A stretch of DNA of 64,000 nucleotides. Source: Balanoglossus misakiensis (lineage: Eukaryota; Animalia; Hemichordata). This document shows positions 50,709 through 64,000 of this stretch, one piece after another. Within the stretch, counting starts at the first letter, position 1; every line of letters starts with the position of its first letter. The translations under genes were made by a program, and so were the position numbers. The stretch is taken from NCBI GenBank assembly GCA_040954595.2, contig CM082582.2, positions 6,432,303-6,496,302 of the forward strand. Direction: 5' to 3'. The notes beneath the pieces were generated by a model that ran no database searches, was not told where the DNA came from, and saw only the letters and a program-made list of their open reading frames with translations.

Positions 50709-53700
50709 ATGGCGTCTGAAGTGAGAAGTTCATCGGACTTGGCCGGAAAAGGTATGAGCATACACAACGACTGCATCAAAATATCTCCGATTTCCATCAT
50801 TTTACTACTTCAGGTCCCCAGTGTCGTAAGAAAACGACTTCTAGCTTTCTTTGATGACGCCATCATCAAAATACTTGCCATGCACTAATCAAAACATTGC
50901 GCACACGAAGCTACCGCCTCCATTCTACCTGTTTTGATACGGTATGGTACAACCCGCAAGTACCCACGCGATTTCGTTTCCACGGCAACGTAGGCAGAAT
51001 CCAGGTGGCAAATTAAAATATTATCACCTTTGACTCACTTTAAACGCCAAGATGGTGGGGGTTTACGTCACAGTTGTGACATTGTCGTTCACGCGACGGT
51101 GCACACTGCAGTGCTGTAGTTGAAAGTGACAAGTCAACCCGGGGCAACGTACCACAGCACATGAAATCGGCAAGTTTTTTTTTTAAATTTCAGTCTACAG
51201 ATCTTCACAGACATTGAGAAAGTCATCAGAACAAGTGCGTGGCCTTATGTTGTTCATTATCTCATTTAATTACGGATTTCTTTGCGCTTTGCAGTCAACA
51301 TGAGTCTACCGACTCATGTATCAGGTCATGATGTTGACAGCAATCCAGAATTTGTCAAGTTACTCACTTCACTGTCACAACACCTGACTGATACTGGTAT
51401 GAGTAGGGAAGAAGAAAGAGATCTAAGACAGGTAATGTGAATGTTACTTTGAATTTTTGGTAGTGGTAAAGCTTCTTGCGATAAAATTATATCCAGTGAC
51501 ACCTGATTAGGCCTACTAAAAATGATTGGAATGGTGCACTTTGTTGCACAGGGTATGAACCACTGTTGGCAACAACAGCCATGGAAATACATGTATATTG
51601 CAATTTTTATGACTTGTTATGTGTATACATTATTTCTTCACAGGCCGAGGAAAGTCTAAAGCAAGAGAAACTAGCATTTCTCCAGCTGCATCTATTGCAT
51701 CTGGAATTACAAGAATTCATATTAGATTATGAAATCCAATGTCAGGACACTGCACCAAGTACAGAAACCAAACAGGTCAGTGGGTGAAATCACGCAAGTT
51801 TTACAACACTCAAATTTCTCTGAATTTCTGTTATTAATCAAAAGTCCTACATGTATCAATTTTACAATACAGTACTCCAATTCAATTTAGCCAATTTTAT
51901 TTCCTATGCAGTTTTATGAAGCTGTCAAGCACTGTTTGTACTCAGCTGAGGTGTGTGATTACTTGGAGTGTAATCTTGCATCAACTGAAGATAAACCGAC
52001 CACAACTTTACTGGGACTAACAAAAGAAGATATCAATAGGAACAATCCACATAGAAAGGTAACACAAATGGAATATCGTATTATGGGACTTCTCTGTCAC
52101 CCACATGCTCAGTCAGTGGATCTCTGGATTTTTAGTGTAAAGTGAGTCATATTACGCGTGTGACATTATTGATATGACTTTGTAATTCACAGAGACTGCA
52201 CTCTATAGAGCAACAACTGATCCCCAAGATAGAGGAAAGACTACGGAAGAAGTGTGAAACCTTGGTCACTTACCACCAACCACAGAAAGACACAAGTAAG
52301 ATCACATTATGATTATGATTGGCTTGTCTGACATACAGAGTCAATGTTGCTAAAAGCTAGGAACAGTAGTGTTGAACGTGATCTAAAATGTTTCCATTCT
52401 AAAGAGAGAGAGAGAGAGAGAGAGATCTCATATCATTCTAAGCAGTATTGTGTAAAGGTTAAATGATATTGAACTGCATATGTTTTTTTAAACACTCAGG
52501 CAGCAGTGAGCTATCATTTGCCAAAGCAACACAACTCCCATCGGTACTTGAAAGAGAGTGTAACGTTCTGAAAGAAGAAAAGAAACAACTAAGACACGAT
52601 AAAGCCAAGAGAGATAAGAAATTTTGGCAGTACTACAAGGTGAGGAAACAAGTTGTCTTTATTTGTTGAAACTTGCATTACAAAGAATTCCTGTCAGTGG
52701 AGTTATGAATAGATATCATATGGTCCTTTTTTTTAAAGTCAGTACATGTTCTATAGATATGCACAACTAAATCTTGTTGTAGAAATGCCATGCTGTCTCC
52801 ATTTTGAAACCTGTTTATACTTTTCTATACAGGCATTGACAGAGTGGGCCAGCCTTCTCTCAGAAGTGATGGCAGAACTCAAATCCAAGGCACATGAAGA
52901 CAGCATAACAACTGATTGGTTGAGTGCCAGGTGTCAGGCCACTTGTCTCAAAATTAGGTGTGTACTGTAGTTACATACGCATGAAACAACATGGTGTCCA
53001 TTTTGATGCATTCATTTCGATTGGTTCAAGCCAGGTGGATAACTGTAACCTGCGTAGATCAGTTTTCCTCCATTAGTTCATGTTGGTATTGAATATTTAT
53101 AAGGTGCAAGGCCTTTGTTTTCCATTGTAAGCTGTGTCAAGTGAAGTTATGTCAAGCTGATAATGAAGGTGTGCCTTTAACACTGTTGAGTTTGAATTCT
53201 TTGACAGGTGTGTGGAGGCTGATGTTATGTGCGACACGTACAACAAGGAATCTGTAGAAGCTCTGAAGCAGATCAAGTGAGTACTATCACATGTGACGGT
53301 ATAATAAATTGTGGTACAAGGTGACTTACTGACTAGTATTGCTATATTAGTGGTAACGGTATTAGTCATAGAAAGTCATCAAGCGTCAATCATGATTTCT
53401 GGATGGCAACTTAGTACATGTTGGTATTCATGCCTCCAGTATTCATCCTGCATCAAAGGCTCTGGTTGTGCTTTCATTTGCAACCCCTTCGCAAATTATA
53501 TTTATATCGGGTATGGTAATGTTACTTTTTGCCTTTTGGTTTGTTGGGGAAATATTATTTAAATTTGTGTGTAGAGTATGTAAAGATGTACACAAGATTT
53601 ATTGCTAACTTGAAAGGATGGCTGAAATGCTATAGCATCATTTTTGGATAGCTATTTTTATTTCTTCATTTGCGTCAATATCTGATTCTATATTTCAGAC

Positions 53701-53906
53701 ATCACTTAAATTACACGATCCACGACTGCGAGGCGGAACTTGGGAGGTTGACCCAAGCGCTGCAAGCGTACGAGTCGCTCGGTATGGGATTCGAAGACGT
53801 CGTCAAAGAGTACGGCCATCTACAACAAGAAATTGAAAACAAGAAATGGGCGTTGACCGAATTGGAGCCGACAACGGACCAAGACGAGGACTGGAGAGTT
53901 AAATGA
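50709..53906 (+). CDS. HAUS4: HAUS augmin-like complex subunit 4, multi-exon
   Basis: NPEFVKLLTSLSQHLTDTGMS, LIPKIEERLRKKCETLVTYHQP, DTYNKESVEALKQIR and YESLGMGFEDVVKEYGHLQQEIENKKWAL match recalled HAUS4 segments. Confidence 0.9.
50976..50989. promoter_or_regulatory. RFX X-box-like motif in HAUS4 intron 1
   Basis: GTTTCCACGGCAAC resembles GTTNCCATGGNAAC. Motif match only. Confidence 0.35.
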
Positions 53907-55137
53907 GTTGCAGCTGTCTCTGGTGTGGTGGAAATTACAGGTATTTTGTAGCATAGGACCGCCAAGAAAAACTTGCCCCCAACCACTCCACAAACTACAC
54001 CCATTGTTTGCAAGACACACCCACCGTTCGTTTATTTTTGAGCCAGATGGAGGTCTTCTTTTGTGCCATTGAAACAACATTGTGGAACTTACGGATGTGA
54101 ATCGTATTACAGCCATTTTGTAACCATGGCATTTTGTAATGATGACACAGTAAATATACCGGTACACAAGAGATGAACTTTGCCTTCCAACTTCAGCAGG
54201 ATATCTCCCATGAATGAAAAGACAACACACCTGAAAGTAACCGTTTCACAAGCTGGTTCAACTGACTACTTTGGAGAATTTTACACCATTTTCAGATTTC
54301 TTTTCTATGATAAAGACATTCTACAGGTTTCAGAATTAGGAAGTTACCACATTTTTGTTGAATGAGAAAATTAGAGCCACTTGGTTTAAAAGTTACCACA
54401 AATGCAAACACACTTCCATTTATGAGTTCACACTGTACATTTTATTCGAAAGGTAGATTTTTGTTTACAAAGTATAAATACATATTCACATATTTAACCA
54501 TTTTCTAATGTATCCACCGTTGTAATTATCTTACATATTTCAAAAGGATACAAACCACATTTGGCAAAATTACCAAGATACGTGTATTTTTCCACTTATC
54601 AAGATATATAAAAAATATTGCTGCAATTTACAGATATTGAAATCTTCATAAAAGACTTTCAACGGCCCATTTCAGGATTCTTAAGAATTGAATTTACACT
54701 TTCTGTTGGAAAAATTGTTTGACTTTTAAAACATGACTGTACAAAAGTAAAAATATATTTTTACATCCCATCCAGTAAGCCCTCTTTTTTCTTCTTCTTG
54801 AGCATGTATAGCTTGGTTGCTTTTGTAACATCAGTCAGTCCCTGAATGAGTTCAACACTGGCATTCAACTCTTGTCGTTTGAATGTTAAAGGCTCAGTTA
54901 GTGTAATTCAACTCAAGGTATTTTTTTTTTTTTTGAGAAGAAAGTCAAATGGACCAGCTTGCAGACTTTAGTTTTTGTGATGGTAACAAATAATCTTTCC
55001 TTCATCTCTGCACATATCTGTTGCAGTAATGTGCTCAGTCCAGAAGGGAAATTTCTTGTGCAAAGATGTGTGGAATTTCAACAATACACAATGCCACACA
55101 ACAGCGGGTAAGAAACGCTCTATCCGGTATGTTGTTC

Positions 55138-58100
55138 TCATTGTGACCACTTCCCATAACCAGGTCGGATTCCTTTGGCGTTGATGACGTCGATGACCAC
55201 ACTGTGTTTGAACTGGTTCCACTGTCTCTTCAGTTCCTGGTCCACGTATTCGTCGTGGATGACCTGACTGTTCAGGTTGCCGAACGTCGGCGTGTTGGAC
55301 TGTTCCAGCAGTGACATGGTCGTTTCATCCAGATCTGTAATGCGAAATTGAGAAGACGCCATCAATCAACATGAAGCAGTGTTTCATCCAGGGGGTGGGG
55401 ATGATGGGGATTCCCCCTCTTAACCTGTTGGTACCCCCCTAGCAATTGGCCAAGGGGCGACTGGTGCCCCCTGAAAATAATGTCAATCATGGTAACTGTT
55501 TTAATTCTCACCTTGGAGTCTTCCCGGAGTGATAGCTCCTATTTCTATATTGTTGGCAGTCACAATCGAACAGGTGATGGGCTCCTGTTTGAGAACACTA
55601 ATTTCGCCAAATGATTCTGATGTTTTCAGTTTGCCCATCACAACCTGTTTCTTTCTTTTCACCTGAAAGGAAAAATGGAATCATTATATACATTATTTAC
55701 TTACCAGCAACTGCACTATGACTGCACTATTTCTCCAACCAGTGTATACACAAATTTATCTATTTAGAATTTTATACTGCAGCATGACGTTATTGATCAT
55801 CAATAGTTTTATACAGAGAATGGTCAAATCTACCCACAGTGACATATTCAACCATATCAGTGAGGCACATCACTGCCTGGCCCAGGTGTGAATTCAACTC
55901 AAGGCACTGTTGGCCATGGCTAACTGTGCTGAGCATTTACCTGTTGACCGTTTGGAAGTTTTTCCATCACTTCAACTTGTCTGAGGACATGGCATTCGCC
56001 GGATCTGATGAAACCAATGAATGGTGATTTGTAACCTTCACTGACGAGTACTGTCGAGGAAAAAAAAAATCAAACGATGAGTTTGATTTTTTAGTCTTTT
56101 AAAAATCTGGATGACTCAAGAGTTACCATTGTGTGAACAGTCAATCATCCTATAATTGTTAACATTACTAACATTTGATCAGTTCTGTGCTTGTAATTTG
56201 TGATGGACAGAGTTAACCATGATCACTGATGGAATTCAAAAAGCGAGATGACATTACTATGTGTATGCCATACCTGTATTTGCTGGGAAAGTCATCCATT
56301 CTATCAGCACTGCTAATTTCTGAAGAGACTGCCTTGGCCATAAGTTGTATGATGGACAAGACTGAATTAAATCAACTTTTTCTGACGTCTCACGGATGCG
56401 AATTTGCTGAAGGAAATAATATTACAACAAATATGTTTGTTAAATTCAGGAGGAAATCAAAAACCTTAATATTCAGAAATCAATGTATGGTCAATACGTA
56501 GAAACACAAGGTTTTTACATTAATTGCAACCTTATTACAAAACCAAACACGCATCTTACAAACTCAAATGATTTAAAGCTGAACTTACTTCCGTAATTCT
56601 CTTGTAGTCACTACATGATATCCTGAGAAACTCGCAAGGTACTTGCTTTGTCAAAACTGTCAAAATCCTGAAAATGAATGGATGCAGACATCAATGCAAA
56701 TGGATGTCAGTAACATAACTGTTGCTGTGCTACTGAAACTACCAAAAATGAATGATGTGGCATGCTTATGTTCCAGTACATACTTGGTTATGATTTTGAC
56801 AGTCAGTTTCCCAGAGTACTGTACAGTACTTACTTGCTATTGGGTTCTCTGCCATCAACTCTCAGTAATGTACCAAAACAATCCCCGACCAGCAACTGGA
56901 AAGACAAATCGGACACTGATTAATATAAAAGCCAGAATTGTACTACTTTTAATAGGAATCCATATGGCCCTACTCCTTACAAATTTTTATCTTCAGAATA
57001 TTTTGTTCAAGTAATTACGTTGGGACTGCAGATGACTTTCATTGGCGAAAAAAAATAGTGCAATAGTGCCCTTGAATGGAGACAAGAGTGGAACTTTACA
57101 AACAAGTGTTACATTGAACAGCATGTTCGCATTAACACTGCCTACCTCTGGTACTTTCATATCTTGTGTGTTTGATGTCGATGTGAGGATAGGTGTTGGC
57201 GATCGGAATATACCCCTGTCGCTCTTTGTCCTCAACCACGGCCTACTTTGGGGTACAACGGTGCCACGCAAAATCAAATGAAAGCCTTGATTTCCAAACA
57301 CTGTAAAATAAATAGACATCTCGGTAAGGCCATTTCCCCAAGAAACAGTTGATGATAGTGATGTGTACATTTACATTTGATGTAGTGTGATCCTAACGGA
57401 GTGCACCTACAAGTTTTATAATTAGAGTGGCTAGTAAGTAAACAATTTATGATGGTACACAATTTTGGCAGATCTCTCCTGAACACTGAGGTAGTTGTCT
57501 TTAGAAACTGTTGTTTTTGCAGCTCATTCATTTGGCAAGCACATTTGTGATGAAATATGATCACTAAATCATGGCTAGCCACAGTAACTGTTACAATTTA
57601 GAATCACAGAGAAACCCACTGACCAGTGAAATCTTCATCTTTCCATATCTCCAGCTGGACTACCGTTGCCATTTCCTTCAATTCCTTTTCATCGAGTTGA
57701 TCGGCCAGTTCAGGGAATGATTTCAGATGGGTGCATACTAATTCGTTTTCGGCTGCTGTTCTCTCAAATGGCCTGGTGAAATAAAGCCAGTATCAGTCAA
57801 CCAAGGGCCACCTTTTCCTGAATTCCAGTTTTTTTCAACAATTTGAAACAATTCGCTATTTGCAGTATCAGTTGAAATCAGCGTTGCAGTGATATTAACA
57901 TATGCTAATAAATTGATATATGGGAAAAGGATAACCTGCAGCAAAAATGACTTTCAGTTTCACCTACTTTTTCCTCAGTATCCGCCTGAGATCCTTGATC
58001 CTGTTGGCTTGTATAACAACGGGATCAACTTCCTCCCGTTCTTTGTGTAGCGATGCCATGTGGTCTTTGATGTCGTGGCTGATGTGGTCTGACAGTTCCT

Positions 58101-59225
58101 CGGCCGAGAAGTGTTTCTTAGAACAAACGCCTAAACTCACGTGGCCTGTAAAGTTTGAAAATTAAATGATTTCAAGTATGTGAAATTGAGTGGCTTTACA
58201 GGAAATCACAAATTTCATATTCACAAGGGTTTGTACATACAATATACCAATGTACATTGTACCTCTGAGCAGAATGTAACGTAATCTTCACCAGATGATA
58301 TTACTTACCTGTTGATACTGCTGATGTGCTCTTATGTGAACCAAATTCGTTTTTAGCTTTTGGCACGAGTGGCAATGATTTGGGACTGATAACCATTTTG
58401 TGGTAGTTTTCCATGAAATGTCTATGGGCATCTTCTGATGTTTCTGGATTGGTTCTGAAATGGCAACGGAAGTCGTCGTAAAGAATATGATGTCTGAAGT
58501 AGTGGTTCGATCATTACAGAATATGTTGTCTACGCGATGTTAAATTAATATTTGGTGTGTGTGTTTGTGTCCAGGTAATTGGGGGTCATGGCTATTTTGT
58601 CAAATGTTTGCCGCTACATCATTCATGCAGCTGACCTGAAGCAGTCTTGCAAGGCAGTACATATATGATTCTTAATTTCTTTGTTGGCCCTATCTGTGAA
58701 TGAAATGCAACAAGTGCATAAAAATAACATGTGCTGTGGGTCACCCCATTCATCATGTACAAGCCAATAAAGGGTGTATGTAGAGGGAGAATTTCACTTG
58801 TTGATTCTACATGTACTCAATTTAACTAGTACAGTACACAGCAGTGTCAAGTCAATTTTCTGTCTCTTACCTGTCCCTCAGTCCCTCTATACTGTTTATT
58901 TCTTTGAGTCTTTCATAGTCTATAATAGCTTTCTCCGCATCCTTTGGAACTAGAAGGAAAAACATGTCACCATTGATATCTGGTTATCACCATGTACGAT
59001 CAGTGACCTGTTAAAGTATGTTGCAAATACGTCTTTGCTTGGAAACGGATGGAAAGTGAGTTGGTTGGTCATAGGGACGTATTAACACCATGTACCGGTA
59101 TTGTAAGTTGCAAGGTGCTTTGAGTGCGAGACCCGTTCACACTTACCCCTATGTCTTGTGCTGTGTCTGTCGCGACCACTCCACGTCTTATCGACCCGGC
59201 GGTCTCCCGCGCTGACCAAAGCCAT
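55138..59225 (-). CDS. CNBD1: Cyclic nucleotide-binding domain-containing protein 1-like, multi-exon
   Basis: IDYERLKEINSIEG, EDAHRHFMENY, VFGNQGFHLILRG, WPRQSLQKLAVLIEWMTFP and VVMGKLKTSESFGEISVLKQEPITCSIVT parallel recalled human CNBD1 segments. The first exon 59225-59147 is inferred. Confidence 0.8.
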
Positions 59226-59337
59226 AACTCTGGCAACGGAACCGGTAAAGACTGTAAAATAATGAAAGGAAATGGGAGAGTCACGAAGGGCTCGTCAAGA
59301 CGCAGGTGTACGGAAAGTCTAATGTACCACTGTCAGG

Positions 59338-59345
59338 TGACGTCA
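59338..59345. promoter_or_regulatory. CRE palindrome in the divergent promoter between CNBD1 and the next gene
   Basis: TGACGTCA lies between the CNBD1 start (59225) and the first + strand exon (about 59558). Motif match only. Confidence 0.45.
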
Positions 59346-59557
59346 CGTCGTTAACCAAAACAAATGGTGGTCACGCAAGACACGTGATTTGGCGAGACAT
59401 TGCGAGAGAAGAATCCCTGAGTTGTTGGAATGTCCCATTCGGCAATAGTGGTGGGCGGCCTGATAAATGATGTACCCGTATCATATCTGCAAAAAGGTTG
59501 AATGAACCCCTATAAACGCTCTCCTAGACCGGGAACAAGCTAAAACAGCCAGACAAC

Positions 59558-60646
59558 ATGTATTTTAATCAAATGTCATCAGTATTTCGACGGAGAAGTT
59601 CTATTACAGACAGTTTTACAGAAAAACAGATTCCCGAGAAGGTAAGTATTGATAGCGAGGCTCATTATCGGAGTAATATAATATTAATATATTATCTCAA
59701 TATGGCGATGCGATAGAGCAGTCATCGGATGTGATTTTATTGATGTTTTTTCATCGACATCGGATAATGTTGTGGTGTCTGTCGATCGACGCACAATTAA
59801 CCCGTTGAATAGTAACATTCACAGGCGAAAAACAATTCCAAGAAGGTAAGAAAACGTTCTTAAATTTCCTTGAATTTCATCAATTACCGAGAGAAATCCA
59901 TTTATTTTTACCTGAGTGATCCGGGTATTCCTCAGTTCCGCTTTCATAATGGCGATCAATACGAGAATAAATCGATGTTAATATCGCTTGTGTCAGTTAT
60001 GGATTTAGTAAACTTGAATCAGACTGACTGGTTTCTGATTTTTCATCCTCCACCTCCTCCTCCTCCTCCGCATCATCACACGTTTGTGATGTGTATCATT
60101 TTTACTTGAGCGTTTGAGGGTTAGACGTTTGTGATGACACACCGTTGCCATATCATATCCCCCAGTAAACAAAAGTGATAGACTCCGTGACGACACCATT
60201 TTCTCATCACTGCAAACATCAATCGGTATCACGGAATCTGAAGTAACCTGCATCAATGGTTTCCAGGTTTACATTGTTGCAACAAACGAAATGAATTTGT
60301 TGGAAACGTACAAATTGACATATTTTGCAAACACACAAGAACATATTTCTTTAGGTTGTATTGTAAATACAGTAGAGTGTATGAATAAATTGAGATTTTT
60401 AATCGCAGTAACTTACCATTTCAATAGTTTATTTATGAAAGTAATCTATTTGCATACTATTATATTTTGTGCATTTTTGTCTTGACTGTAAATACATGTA
60501 CATGTATTTGAATTGGTCTTTCTAGTGGTCCTTCTTACTCAAAGCTTAATTTGAATATTGTTATTGAAAAAGACTTAAACATTCATTTTGACAATTTCAT
60601 AAACATTTTTTGAACATTTTATCAGCAGGAATGCAATAACAGCTGA
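59558..60646 (+). other. Putative spliced upstream ORF (about 40 aa) in frame with the downstream CDS
   Basis: 59558-59641 (AAG/GTAAGT donor), a 21-nt exon 59825-59845 (CAG/...AAG/GTAAG) and 60629-60646 give MYFNQMSSVFRRRSSITDSFTEKQIPEKAKNNSKKECNNS-TGA, followed by AAA ATG. Confidence 0.45.
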
Positions 60647-60649
60647 AAA

Positions 60650-63271
60650 ATGCCTAAGAAGCCAGAAAATCTTGAGTTGGAGAATCTCAGTTTAGTTCAG
60701 AACGAGAGAGATGCGACTACGCCAACCATTCGACTCACCCTTCCGAACGTAGATTCCAACATTGTCACCGACTCCAATGGCATCACAAACCCTGTATTTA
60801 GATTTGATGATGAAGATATCAAAAGGGCAAAAGGTAAGAAGTTTATAAATGCATCATTTTTGACGAAGAAAAGTAAATATAACACTACTATAAGTGAATG
60901 TCCACAATATAAGTTTGTACTTTAATTAATAAATATTAAAACTTGTCTTGAAGGATATTATTATCTATTGTTTGCTTGCCTTATGTAAGTATATGCCAAT
61001 AATTACAGAGACATATACATGTAGTAAAATATTTTTCCCCATCAACAGTCTTGATGGATTTACATAAATAATGAGTAATGACCCTGGGCAGTATTTTTCG
61101 ATTAGTATTCTGTAAATTACTTGAGTTGTACATGTATTTATCAATCATGATGATTATCAAAAATGCCAGTACGAATAAATTGGCCTTTGTCTATTTCAAA
61201 GGTTACCATGGCAACACTCTTTTAAGGTAGTGTAGTACTGTGTCGTCTTACAAAATGATTTGAAAAATATTTCTAGCCTTTCTTTGTTAGCTCTATGACC
61301 TTTATATGTAATGTGAATTATTTTCTTGCATCATTAGTGATTTTGGTGCGTCATTGGTCCAGAGTATGCTTGGGTTGTGTAATTTCAAAAGTTCAAGTGT
61401 CTGTATGTCAGCTTGGTTTTGCATCATATCATTACAGACAGCGTATCTGTGAACATCCCAGTCTCCCCCGACGCATCATTGGTAGTTCCGTCTCCGGGCA
61501 ACAAGACCAGCCAATTGGGATCCAGCGTCAGTCTGACCGGCTCCCTCGACATCAATGGATTGCTGTCACCTCTGCCCAATGGTTACTCATCGCCAGTCAA
61601 TGGACATGTCTCACCAACTCTGAAACACAGAACCAGGTAGGGAATTAAAGCCTCTAGAGCTGCCACTTTTTGCAATATTTTCATGATTTTATTTTCCAAC
61701 TTAAACTGGTTCATCCAAATAAGCTTACTGATTATAGGTATACATGAACACCTTATCAATGCCTGATTGTGACTGGATGCTGCAATTTGAACACGCTATG
61801 TATTAAAATGGTGCCACACCAATTTAATCAGCCTCCATACAAACAGTACGCAGCTATAGGGATATATTGATGTTTTTTACTGTGGAAAAAATATGTGAAA
61901 TTTGCGTATTTTTCAGGTGTAATACTCTGGCCGTGACCGACACCCTTGGTCCGCCGTCTCTGGCTCACATATTGGCCGTCAAGCGTCACAGTCTGCCCGT
62001 ACCCGGTAAAGTTGATTACCTAACCCCGACATCATCTCTGCTGGCACCGACGCTGTCCAATGGCAGCGTGTCGCTGTCCAACGGAGACATCCCCAACGGT
62101 CACAAGTCCAAGTCGCAGCCCAGCTCGCCGGTGCGGTCCAGATCGCCGTGGGACCGGCTGTTTGGCGGCAGAAAGCAGAGGAAGTCGTCGGCCATCAGCA
62201 GCGTCAGTGGATTGAGTGACTTCAGCGCTAGCGGAAGGTAGGTTTTCCCAGTTTTCCGACAAGGATTTTCAGATTGGCGGTAAATTGAAATTTTTTAGTT
62301 TTTTGTGTTGATCATCTGTTCAGGGAAGAAAAAGGAAAATGATGGTATATGATAAATGTGATGCCAGCAAAGAGAGTTGCTGGTTGATTTGGTTAAATAA
62401 ATCAGATTCAACTCATGAGGGCGCAGTCACAGACAGGAGAAAGGATCATGAGGATCAATCCGGTGCAGTGTAGTGTCTGCATAGGGACTTTTCAGAAGGA
62501 CTATGGGGGCGCTATCACATCTTATGTTGGTTTCTGACGAGCTGAATGTAACCGTGATATACTGTAAAACAAGAGAGAGGCCACTGTTACGCGAGTATTA
62601 ATTTTCGCGTTTTCACACATTGTTCTTTCACAACATTATGTACGCGAGTCTTTATTTTCGCGTTTTCTTTTGGCTATCGCGTATTTAGCGTAAATTTAAT
62701 GCTCGCGAAAATAAAGTGTTTTACAGTAGCCATGCGTACATAGACATTACAGGGTGATCACCCATGAAAACAGATCAGATGCTTTGTTTTCAGCTCATTT
62801 CCTGTTCTTTGGTTTGTTTGAAAGGGCATAATCCTCCAGAGAAATCCAATTATCGAAAAATAATTGCAGGATCGATTTGTTTGGAGGGTGAAAGTGAGAC
62901 ACCTGATCTATACAAGAGTGTTGCGTTACACCGAGTTTGGATTTGAGAAAGGTGAACAGTGCAATACAATACAACGCTCTGCCTCTCTCCTTCATGCATC
63001 TGTCTCTTTGACCTTCAGTGTTTTAAATTCCCATGTTAAGCTCTGTAACATACCGTACTACATACCACTTTTGTAAACTGAATATCTGTGTTTGTTTTCT
63101 GCTTGATGTCGTCTTTCAGTTGTGATGGAGATCACGCCAGTCTTAACTCCCCCGCCAGCACCCGACTGCGAGACTTGGTCAAGTCGGTCACTGAACACGC
63201 CAAGAAGATCGGCAAAAACGACGTGCTGCCAGTGGCCACACCAGAACCATCCACACTTGCACCACCACTGC
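60650..63271 (+). CDS. 5' partial gene (continues past window) with a disordered S/P-rich N-terminus, probably a cyclic nucleotide-gated channel beta subunit
   Basis: Phase-consistent exons at about 60650-60833, 61438-61636, 61918-62237 and 63120-63271. The segment STRLRDLVKSVTEHAKKI resembles the recalled CNGB1 segment NDRLQELVKLFKERTEKV, and the gene is head-to-head with CNBD1. No transmembrane or CNB domain lies inside the window, so the identity is tentative. Confidence 0.5.
61202..61215. promoter_or_regulatory. RFX X-box
   Basis: GTTACCATGGCAAC matches the X-box consensus, in an early intron of the + strand partial gene. Confidence 0.55.
62560..62728. mobile_element. MITE of about 165 bp with TA-flanked terminal inverted repeats
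   Basis: TA-CTGTAAAAC ... GTTTTACAG-TA with internal repeated and inverted ATTTTCGCG / CGCGAAAAT motifs. Confidence 0.7.
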
Positions 63272-64000
63272 GTAAGTTACATAATTAAGTTACTCATCGT
63301 GTTGTCGCGAGTGAAAAGAATTATTTCAATTCAAGTGATCAACGTTTATGAAGATACATGGGCACGTGATACAACGAATGAGTTAGGGATTTGTTTAACT
63401 TGATCGTACCGGATTAGGTTGCTTAATTTAATCGCGGGTTGTCTATAGCCCAAGCTTCAGGAAACCTGTAACCTTTCAAGTAAAGATTGAACCTTGTTAG
63501 AAGAGACAGCAAATTTAAGTGCAGTTACAGGTCACGGATGTTGGAAAGCCTCAGTGCATTGTGATAGCTTTTTTGTTCTGAAACTTTCCAATGAGGTTGA
63601 GATTTATATACCGCTCTCACTTTTTATTAAAAAAGTTTAATAGGGCAGAGTAAAAATGTGAAGGTACAAGATCGAAAATATGAAGGAATGTGTCAAAAAC
63701 AAAATAACGATGACATGCTAGGTGTCAAAATACACGGGCATATTTAAAACTATTGGCTGTTTGAACACCGCAATGTTCAGATCTGAAATTTGCAATTTTT
63801 GTCTGAAAAGTGTAATGTATTACTGTGGCATAAGTTGTGCTGCTCGAGTCGACATAACTGATTAAGGTAATTTTAATGAAAAAAATTAAATAAAATATCT
63901 TCTGGCCAATTGATTTGCTTTGACCACTCACGAAAATACCAAATGACATCAAAAGATTCATTTGTATTGCAAAAGGTCCGTGTTGCTGCGTGTTGATTCA

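Noticed and set aside
1-64000. CRISPR arrays, rRNA, tRNA or prokaryotic operons
   Set aside because: None seen. The window is spliceosomal-intron-containing eukaryotic DNA.

Overview
Eukaryotic, AT-rich, intron-dense animal genomic DNA. It is probably from a marine invertebrate deuterostome, but the species cannot be determined from this window alone. I spliced the genes by hand, so most short ORFs in the supplied track are exon fragments or noise. Gene order: a solo LTR (1754-2451); a convergent pair of paralogous innate-immune-type kinases (3376-10227 + and 20542-11704 -); a leaderless FGF-like beta-trefoil gene (-); DNAJA2 (+); TRPC4AP (-); UBA2 (-) head-to-head with HAUS4 (+); CNBD1 (-) head-to-head with the 5' part of a probable CNG-channel beta-subunit gene (+). 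The most striking feature is the kinase pair. Both encode tandem death domains, a RHIM, UBA-like repeat(s), a long acidic linker and an IRAK/Pelle-class kinase with DTG in place of DFG. One copy ends in a variant RING finger; the other stops just before it. Both promoters carry NF-kB-type sites. All family assignments come from recalled motifs, not database searches.
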